From positions 744,001 to 808,000 of the forward strand of contig CP089280.1 of the NCBI GenBank assembly GCA_023920165.1: a stretch of DNA of 64,000 bases, written 5' to 3'. Source of the DNA: Curvularia clavata (Eukaryota). Below the pieces are notes generated by a model. It did not search any database, was not told where the DNA came from, and saw nothing but the letters and a program-made list of their open reading frames with translations. The number at the start of each line of letters is the position of its first letter. Position 1 is the stretch's first letter. A program made the translations under genes and the position numbers. Below are positions 12,580 to 21,896 of this stretch, in pieces.

Positions 12580-15500
12580 CTGAGATAGATATAGACGAAG
12601 AAGAGGTCGGGCCAGGGGATGGGCGGTGATGGGGGGACGTGGTGTTGAAAGTCTGCAGGTACTTCTTTCCTCGTTGCGCGTAGTTGCCCAGAAAGTGCAA
12701 ATGGCGCTAGTGCCCTTTCGGCTTTGGGCGGATCCCTTTCACGAGCTAGTCAACAAAAGGGACTCTACTGCGTCCAAGCGCCAGCAAAGGACCTGCGGCT
12801 GCTACCACACACACCACCACTACGACGGCCGCCGTCTGGTCTGGCGCTGCTGCAAAAGCGATCCGATGGTGCTGCGACACGCCCGACTGAAACTGCCCGG
12901 CTGGCCGACGGCTTTCCCACGCGTGACGGGCCCGAGGCAGGGGTGTCTTGGGACGGCCAACCGCAACGAACCGGCTCTGCTGCAAATAACGCTCTCCCGA
13001 CGAGGGGGCGAGCCGTTGCCTTGACGTCGCCGGAAAAGACGCTCTGCTCTCGCTGGGAGATTACAGATTGCTTTCGCCCAACAATGTCGTCCGCGGCTTG
13101 GACTTGGTTGCACTCACACCCAACTGCTGCTGTGTGGATCGCCGTGCTGCTTTTGGCCGGCAAAAAACAAAGTACAGGACAAGGCAATTGAGGCGGCGGC
13201 TGCATGTCATTGTTAATCGGGTTCGCGAGCCGTGCGCTGGGTGTCATGCGGCTTACATACCTCTAGTGACGGCGGTATCTCTCAATCGCTCTCGCTTTGT
13301 TCGCACAGAGGTGGTGTCGAGATCTGGAGAGGATCTGGGACGCTCTGGACAGGTGGTGCGTGTGCAGTATAGAAAGGCAGACAAGCATTCCCGCTCGTCG
13401 CCAGCAGCCCGGCACGTTCAAATACAACGACATCAGTGCATTCCAGCGCGAAGACTAGTGTGGAGCAGCCCTATCCTTGCGCTCATCTCGCGCTCGCGAC
13501 ACTACAGCTTCACCATGACGCTTCCTGCTAGTATGCCACTGCTAGCTGTCAAGGAGCGCCGGGGCAGTCATGCGACCTTGTTTGAGGCGTGTGTGGCGCT
13601 CCTGTGCACAGATGGAGATCCACCACCCGGCGACAGCAGCACCATCGTTACCAACGTATGTACATATACACACATGTGCTGTACATGGAACAAGCTGTTG
13701 CAACGTCCATGCCGGTTGCCATGTTCCGCGCGCATGGCAGTCGCTCGTTGTTCAGGATGCATCAGACGTCACAAATACCATGCATGACTCCGCCACCGCC
13801 CTTCCTTGGTCACCTCCCCCCCTTGGGCAGGCAGTGGAATTACTACAGACCAGCACATGAAAGCGACTCAGCGGTTCCTGGAGGCGTGCTGGGATTAGGA
13901 GCAGGGGCCAGATGTGGAAGGGCCATGGAAGGCCGCTAGAAGGAACAAAGGCATAGCCCTTTGCTAGGACGTGCAGCGGGCGACAAGTCTGCGTGCCGGC
14001 AAAGGGCCCAAGCACACAGGTGGGTTTGAGGCTGCAGAAAGAAGCATAGCAGTCCCAATTGCCCAAGACACGGCCGCCGTCTAATTGGCGAGGCTGGGCC
14101 CAAATGGCGGAGGCTGGAGACGCCCTCGCAGCGCAGTGAGACAACCATGGGCGCCCCTGACCGCGGCGGAAACACCATGGGCTCGCGAACGGCAGGCCTT
14201 TACCACCCTCCACCACTCGGCGGGTACCACGCATTGGCGATATATATGGCATCACGCTGCGATACAGACACACCCTCCTCGCCAGCTTGCACATATAAGC
14301 AACGCCAAATCGACGATTGGTAGCATGTCTGTCTCGAGAACCACACCCACTTGGCTACACGACTTGCAGTCCCGCGGCCTGGGGAATCGGGATGGGGGCC
14401 GCGGGTGCTCGGCGAAAGGCACAAATACATGCTACCTACTATGTGCGTATAGTACATTAGTATGCTCTACATTGTCTGGATTCGCCCACCGACATTTCAT
14501 CCACATCCTAATCACCTACAACTATGTAGTTGCGGTGAAGGAGTCGTGCACTTGGGGGCGCTCGGTATGCTTCCGCTAGATCCGTCTGTGCTTGCGCGTC
14601 CCACCCCGGCCAAAGTATTTGCCGGGGCCCACTGCGCAGCCTCACTCGCCGTGTTTCGATCATCGACACACGTACCCCCTAAACAGTTGTGCACGCCCGC
14701 TCAAGCAACACCTGCTACCCTGCATTACGACGACACCCATCACACACATCACAAAAGCATAAACACCCACCGCCCGTCCCAACTGCAATGCTCGCTGATC
14801 GACACCCCAGCCCCTAGGCCCGATCCGGCCGTCCTCGTTTGCTCTTGCCAATGCAATACCCCTAGCAACACCCACCGCCAGCTTCCATTACCGCTAGACT
14901 GGCACAGTTGTTTCATCATTATTTTGCAAATTCAAAGAGCTATTTCGGGCTTTGGAAGCACAGGGCGCCTCAGATATCCTCACGCTTTGTGTCATCCCAC
15001 TACGGCCACTGGCCCAGCGGCTGCGGCCCCAGCTCCCCCTTGACCAACGTTCCGGCGCAAGGGCGACTTGTTGGCAACCCTGGACAGCCAGCATTCCCAC
15101 GCTGTCCGAGCGCCCTTCTCTGCAATTTCTAGAAAACGCGCCTGTGTCACCAAGCGCTGCACATACTCGCCCACACCCTGCATGCTTTTCCAGAAGATTA
15201 CCCCTTGCGCCAGCTATCGCTGCACACGTGAGCTCGCAAAATGACTGTATCCGTATACTGCAATTACACGCAGTCATGCTGGCTAGGAGTAATGCCACCT
15301 TTCTATCCGCCCGAACAGCTAGCAGCAAAAGGCTCTCCTGCCTGCTGCTGTCCGGAATGCGCCGTTTTGGTGGCTAACAGCCGATGCCACCGCGGGACCA
15401 AATCCGACTCGCTTGCATCCGCATGAAGACGACCCATAACCTTCTACATTCGGTCCTATTGGTCTTGTGCTGCTCCTGATCTGCCCTGCTCCACCAGCGC

Positions 15501-16072
15501 CCAGCCATGCTTTCAATTGCATCGTGAGCCCCTTTTGTTCCATTGCAGCATGGCGCCCTTCTGCCCGCGTGATCACTTACTTGGGCTTATTGTCCAGCCT
15601 CGAAATCAACCAAACCTAAACTTGTGACGTTTGCAAAACTACCAGATACTTGGAAACACGGCCAATGCTATACCCGCTGTCCAACTTGGGCATCTTGTCA
15701 CCAAAGCTTCCCGTTCCGGTGCACAGGGTATCTCGCGCCATTGCAAAAGGCATTCTATGGCATGCGCGGTCTGCCAGTTGCGCCAAAACGCTCAAAGAGC
15801 GGGCGAAACACGACGGGCTGCACAGACATGTCGCGGTCAATGAGTCAGTGTCCGTCATCAAACGTGCCGAATTGAGTTGAATCTACTGCTCTACTGTACA
15901 TGGTACACTCCCATTTGCGAGACCGACGCAGCTTTCTCGTCGGCCCGCACAAAATACTGCAAAAAGAGAAGGCTGTCAAGCCGACTTACGCCCGGTATGA
16001 AATACAATACACATGTAACCAAGCAAAAATAAAAAGGGCCGATACTAGATTGACTGACCATCACTACTTACC

Positions 16073-17332
16073 TCAGATCCTAGGAACTCCACCAGTGCCG
16101 AACAACTCCATCTTCACCCGTTCACTTGGAACGCCATAGCTCTTCAACTTGGCCTCAACGTCGAGCATGAACGATGTGGGTCCGCACAAGTAGTACAGCG
16201 TACTGTTGTTGTCCGTGTGGAGGTGTTTGCTGCCAACGCGATCGAGATCCACGCGACCTTTGATATCGTAGTCGCGTCCCTGCATGTCTTCTTCGCTGGG
16301 GCTTGACAGGTAGTACACGGCATGCACGTTCCTATGGTTCGCCACACATTGGTCGATGTGGTGCTTGAAAGCCCTGGTCTTTGAGTTGCGCGCACCCTGG
16401 ATCCAGGTAATCGGCCGAGATGGGCTTTGGTCAATCAAAAAATTGAATATGGATGTCAGCGCAGTTAGGCCGACACCTGCCGAGATGAGGACGACAGGCG
16501 TCTCTTCTCCCGCTTCCCCGGCGTCGAAGAAGAAGTCGCCGAATGGATGGGATAGCTGGACTACATCGCCCTCTTTCTTCACGTCGTGCAGCAGATTGGA
16601 AATATACCCCGCGTGCGTCATGTGCTTGGGCTCTCCAATCTCGATACCAGGCTCTCTCTTGACGCTGATTCTGAGATAGTTCTTGCCGGGTGCATCGCTC
16701 AAGCTGTACTGTCTGGCCTGCCACACGCCGCCATCGAGCTCGTCGACAAAAATATTGACCGAAACATACTGTCCTGGCTTGAACATGGGCAGCTTGAGGC
16801 TGCTCTTGACCGGCTCGAGGTAAAAGGAAGTGATCTCCTCGCTTTCCTTTTCTTTCTTGGCAATCGTAAAGTCTTCCCAATCCGGCCAGTACGACGTCTC
16901 TTTGTACAACTCATCCTCTTTTGCAATCATGATGTTGGCAAGCTGCCAGTATGCTGCGCCCCATGCCTCGAGTATATCGGGTGTTGCTGCGTCTCCAAGC
17001 ACCGTTTGCATCGTCTCCAGCAGGTGCTTTCCTACAATGGCATAATGATCTGCGCGAATAAATAAGCTGGCGTGCTTGTGGCAGATGAGCTCGAGTGCGG
17101 GGCTCAGGTTCCCCAGATCATCGATGTTTGCGGCGTAGGCGTAGAGAGATCCCGCGAGGGCTTGGGCCTGGTGGCCCGTGGCCTGGTGTGTATTGTTGAA
17201 GACGTTCTTGAGCTCTGGGTGCGCTTCGAGCAGGTCATGATAGAATCGCGTCGTGATTTTTGTGCCGTGCTCGGCGAGAACGGGAACGGTGCTCTTGATG
17301 ATTTGGACTTGGGACGGTGTTAGGCTGGTCAT
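16073..17332 (-). CDS. YHB1: Flavohemoglobin (nitric oxide dioxygenase, Yhb1/FhbA family), 419 aa from first ATG, intronless
   Basis: Globin domain (IIKSTVPVLAEHG, ICHKHASL, WGAAYWQLA), FAD-binding RQYSLS, NAD-binding ISAGVGLT, YYLCGP and ELFGTG. First ATG is at 17332; the track start at 17434 is TTG. Confidence 0.96.
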   Translation of the reverse strand: MTSLTPSQVQIIKSTVPVLAEHGTKITTRFYHDLLEAHPELKNVFNNTHQATGHQAQALAGSLYAYAANIDDLGNLSPALELICHKHASLFIRADHYAIVGKHLLETMQTVLGDAATPDILEAWGAAYWQLANIMIAKEDELYKETSYWPDWEDFTIAKKEKESEEITSFYLEPVKSSLKLPMFKPGQYVSVNIFVDELDGGVWQARQYSLSDAPGKNYLRISVKREPGIEIGEPKHMTHAGYISNLLHDVKKEGDVVQLSHPFGDFFFDAGEAGEETPVVLISAGVGLTALTSIFNFLIDQSPSRPITWIQGARNSKTRAFKHHIDQCVANHRNVHAVYYLSSPSEEDMQGRDYDIKGRVDLDRVGSKHLHTDNNSTLYYLCGPTSFMLDVEAKLKSYGVPSERVKMELFGTGGVPRI

Positions 17333-17628
17333 GTTTGTTTTTTGCTTCTTGTATATGTGCTGTGGTGCTGTTGTTTGAAGGCTGTGACGTTGAATGGTGT
17401 GAAGTACTTGACGGAGGTAATATCTAACCACCAATAATCAAGTCTATTCGTATGTCTGTATATGAGTTTGTATGCAATGACCAAACAACCCTCCTTCCAC
17501 GCCGGCACATATATACTCCCCTCCTATATTCTCTGGTTCACTCGCTTTCTCGGTATCCCATCAACATCATCCGATGGCCCCGTCCCTCCGTCCGTTCTTT
17601 CCTACAAGACCCGTTTGAACATCTGTAT

Positions 17629-17636
17629 CTCCGCGG
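17629..17636. promoter_or_regulatory. NirA-type binding site CTCCGCGG about 300 bp upstream of flavohemoglobin
   Basis: Exact match to the NirA consensus CTCCGHGG, with a second copy at 18761-18768 and a TATA-like TATATAT (minus strand) at 17509-17515. The motif is short, so chance occurrence is possible. Confidence 0.45.
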
Positions 17637-18690
17637 TAAAACATTTTTTGTCTTTCTCCATGGTAACTGCCCCCAAAATAAACCCCAGACATGCCCCTTG
17701 TCCCACATGCCGACGACTCAGACATGCTTTTTTCTCTGAGTGGCTTGTTTTGTTTGCTTGGCGGACAGACACATGCCCAGAAGCCACCATACTACGACGT
17801 GTTGTGTCTCGTACGACACATCAACACCGTGGGGAGTGGAGAACGCGTGATGCGCTCAGAATTTGTAAGCTTGCAAAGAAAAAAAAGTGGGAAGGGGTTT
17901 TTTCTGCGTTCGGCAAAGATGCGAATTACGTATTGATTAGGTACAGGTTACACATGCTGTTGGCTTTCTCCGCTACTTCCGCCAATGCAAGACATGTCAA
18001 TGTGCTTGTCGCTTTTGCGCAAGGTATGAGTGGGAGATACAGAGAAGCTGGAGATTTTTTAGCAGATTGATATTCAGGTACGAGCGATAGCCAACTGATC
18101 TAGTATATAGAGACTTGGGAATTACGTTTTTGGGCTCTTCATCTCTACCTATCTAGGACCTCGCCCCACTACCTACAGCCATTTCCCAACTACCTTCACA
18201 AAATAAACACACACTTACATCACACTATTTTTACTTCCACCTGACATTCATAGCAAAACGCCAGCAAAAACGGAGATGCTCTAAACTGCCATTGCATTGC
18301 ATTACAAAAAAAATGCTCATGCTCACCCCATGCCATGCCATGCTCGCTAACCACGAAAACGCGTCGGATCGGGCATTTCCGCCACCGACTCTGGACTCAG
18401 ACTGACTAACAGCCCTTTTCTCACGTGGACATGCAAGAGGGAAAAATTGTCAGGCCACGAACGTCAGATTTTGCATACATAGGGTGCAGAGCGGGAAAGC
18501 TAGGCATAGCCTGCGGCTCGGCCACGTGGTTGTGGCTTTGGCTTGGGGGTTAGTGGAATATGCCTACACGTAGAGAGAGAGGTTGGAAATGCGTAGGCCT
18601 AGAAGCGCGATTATTCACGATGATTGAAAATTGTGTTGCCTGGAGGATGAGGTGAGTAAGATCGGTCATGGACGAAATGCAAGTGTCTGG

Positions 18691-18725
<35 letters not shown>
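18691..18725. repeat. (TGA)11 microsatellite
   Basis: Perfect trinucleotide run read directly; intergenic. Confidence 0.95.
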
Positions 18726-19729
18726 GGCATGTCTTGGTTGCTGCAATACTTTTCTTTTTTCTCCGCGGAAATGAGAAAAGGATGGAGATGTGCGTAGAGT
18801 CAGAATATGACGTGCATAGGTGTGACAGCGTAGGGTTCAATACTTTGGGCGCAGCGATGTGACTCTGAGTTTTGCGTTGGGGGCCTATATTTAGGGGAGT
18901 AGGAGGTGGTGGTTTTCTAGGTGTGTGTTATATATGTGGTGCAGAGGTGATGTGCAGGAGAGGGTGATCTTAGAAGCGTTGATGTGCCTGGTGTATTGAA
19001 CCGATGACCCTTTACTCAGGCCTCTTCGGCAATTTCTTGCTTTAAGAGTCAATTGCCATTCTATCTCTGATTTGGATGTGCTCGAGATGGTGTCGCGGTT
19101 CAATTTAGTTGGGCAGTCAATATACCCGTTTGGGTAACACAAGCTACTTGTTGAACGCTGCAGTAGCAGGTACCGCAACTGAAATACACAGGTGCTGTTT
19201 GGTTACGCTCCAGTTCAGGTCAGTTGGGCTAAACCAAATCGAGTAGGTGGGATAACCCTCCCGCTGGGAATGGGCTTGTGTTTGTTACGATTCCAGTCCA
19301 TGAGTCTGAACGTACGGGTCCTGAATCCTGAACGCTGGTCTGACTGGACAATTGTTAGCGCTGCAATTACTGAAAAAGGGCGAGGCGCCTTCTGTCTATA
19401 TATCCATGACTATCGGATACCTTCTGTGTATGTTCCTTGACACGACTGTTTGACTTCAGATTTCAAGTACTGATTTTCATTTATGTAAGGATTCGAAGTC
19501 TGTCTTTGGTGCAAAGGCTTGAAATTTCGATCCATTAGGCAACCCGTCTTGCTACTCATCTTGTCCCCACGGGGTATATCTCGCTAGCGGCTGTGGACGC
19601 AGCGTGTCTATTGAGTCACCCTGAATGACTCTCTTTCAACATAAAACCAAGCAAGACAACGGCTTGGACCATTGAATCCATACATTAGAAATTGCAAGCA
19701 ACCCGAAGAAATACGAAAAAAAAACCACC

Positions 19730-20463
19730 ATGGCACACGAAAGTAAGCCAATCAATCAATACCTCTTTGATAGTTCGCACGTCATTCACACAATATAGTC
19801 CCTACAGACCTCAAGGCACGCGTCAAAGCTTCCTACGACGCTATCGCAGATACCTACAATGCCGTTTTTACCAACCCCAACGAGGCCATTCGTTTGGATT
19901 ACCTTGGCCGTCTACTCACCAAGCTGTCGTCCCAGACGACAGCCAACGTTCTAGAGCTCGGCTGTGGCGCCGGCGTGCCCGCAACAAAGTTCCTACTTGA
20001 GCGCTCAAACCCAGTATTTCATGTCACTGGCAACGACATTTCTACGTCGCAGCTCAATCTTGCGCGTGCTAATTTATCCGCGTACGAGGATCGCTTGACG
20101 CTGGTCGAGAGCGACATGCTGAGTCTCTCTTTCCCACCCGCAAGCTTTGATGCCGTCACAGGCTTCTACAGCATTATCCACCTGCCACGTGAGGAGCAGA
20201 CGCAGCTCATGACCAAGATTGCAGAGTGGGTGAAGCCTGGGGGTTACCTCTTAGCTAATTTCATTGTTACGACTGCGTCGACATATGAGGAGGATAAGTG
20301 GCTGGGCCATGAAAAGGGGTGGATGTTTTGGAGTGGATGGGGAGAGGAGAAGAGTGTGGAGATGGTGGAGAAGGCGGGGTTTGAGGTCGAGGTGAGAGAG
20401 GTCAGGCAGGCTGACGGGGATGAAGCGTTTGTTTGGGTGCTGGCAAGAAAAGTGGAAAAGTGA
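19730..20463 (+). CDS. Class I SAM-dependent methyltransferase; exons 19730-19742 and 19799-20463
   Basis: CACCATG start. Intron GTAAGC..TAG (an in-frame alternative CAG ends at 19807). Protein MAHEIPTDLKARVKASYDAIADTY..., motif I VLELGCGAG, FDAVTGFYSIIHLP, VKPGGYLL. Confidence 0.9.
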
Positions 20464-20902
20464 GGGCACTGTGGTGTGGAACGGGAAACGGTGAGGGTCT
20501 GTGAGTTGTACCTGGATAACCCGTTATGCTTATTTGGGAATCTATCTATCCTGTTCCGCTATCAATGGTAGTTGAGTGATGCCTGATTTCGGCCCATCCG
20601 CATTTAACCTAAACATTCAACAACCACAAAGGCCTCTCCGGGAATGATTGCACGTAAAACTCACACAGCCAACTACTTTCTCTGCCGAGAAACTGCTCTC
20701 CCTCTCCACAACCATTCCTGAGTCATTCATCTTACTCAACCATATTCCTGAAAAGCAAGAAGAGCCGAAACCCCAAGTCTAGATTTTCTCAAACTATCGT
20801 CCCACCAAACCGGTGAGCAGAAAACAAAGTAACAGCTAGTCCAGACCCCATGTCTGAGATAGGAAAGAAAAAGGAAACCCCGCTAACACTTGCATCGAAG
20901 TC

Positions 20903-21049
20903 TTGCTATCTAATCGGGAAGCATATGCTTGAGTTCTCCCAACAAAGCAATATGCCAAACTGGGCCCCTGGTGCAGGGCAATGTACGTGTGTGCTCGTCC
21001 CTTGACCGGGGAAAAGCAAAGAACTAGCCAGGGGAAGCCAGTGCATATC
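20903..21049 (-). ncRNA. Candidate structured non-coding RNA, family not recognised
   Basis: Nested complementary segments 20950-55/21043-48, 20959-63/21038-42 and 20965-71/21028-34, an inner hairpin 20992-21018 and a second hairpin 20903-20950. Several extra G-U pairs form only on the minus strand. No credible ORF. Confidence 0.3.
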
Positions 21050-21896
21050 ACTCATCTTGCTTTGCTTTTGTCTTGCAGCTATTTCTCGACTCCTTTTTTG
21101 GTTTTCATTATGCAATGAGGATATGAATGCTTTGTGAATTATGCATGGGAATTAGCTAATTATGCTGCGTATTTGGGTCGTCCTTTTGTTTTGGCCGTTA
21201 TGCAGGATAATGTTAGGTATTAGGTTGAAAGGACGTAAAGCCAGGTTTCACCGGATGTTGTTTAGAACTGGTTAGGTGGCATTTGAGAACACGATCATTG
21301 TGTGTGCGTCTTCGTCATGTCTCTAACCGTACTCTGTTGCACCTGGCGGTACTTTGAGTCAGGCCGTGAATGAAAACTACCACAATATTCTGACAAGCAG
21401 TGGACTTTTCTCAGCTATCTCGCTACATTAGACACGAAAACGTCTATATTTGCACGTGTGGAATCGTTCCCTGTTTGCGTCGTACTCTGATGTCCAGATG
21501 AATCCCTTTCATTATAGAGAAAAGAGCCGTCAGGTGTTTTGGAAGATAATGGTGCATGCGTACTGGCTTATGCTAGAATCAAGCCACTATCCAAAGAACT
21601 ACAGAGTGACAATTCGTAACGGCCTTACTTTCCACACCATTTCAAGTTGCAATACGATATACTCGGCACAAGAGAGGATTTTTTTTACATGAAACACATT
21701 TTCAGCATTATGATAAACAAGCACGAACTCCGTTTTTTTTCTTTCAGATGCTAACTCAACAGCCTGCATTTCGCGGATATCGCAGTGCATGTCTAATCGT
21801 ACAAGATCTCGAGCTCCATCAGGACTAGAAAAAGGCCTTCAAGTGGTGGCGCACGATATGTGTTGCCATAACTTGTTTAGCCTCGTGTGCTAACAA

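Noticed and set aside
12300..15900. Numerous overlapping 60-240 aa ORFs on both strands
   Set aside because: Mutually overlapping, GC-driven and without motifs; better explained as the regulatory region of the C2H2 gene.
20742..20830. snR30/U17-like m1 motif ATATTCCTG
   Set aside because: The required partner motif AAACCAT followed by a short stem and ACA is absent (only aaactat and aaaccgg).
20962..20985. Resemblance of CATTGCCCTGCACCAGG (minus strand) to the U6 internal stem-loop
   Set aside because: No ACAGAGA box or AGC triad context.
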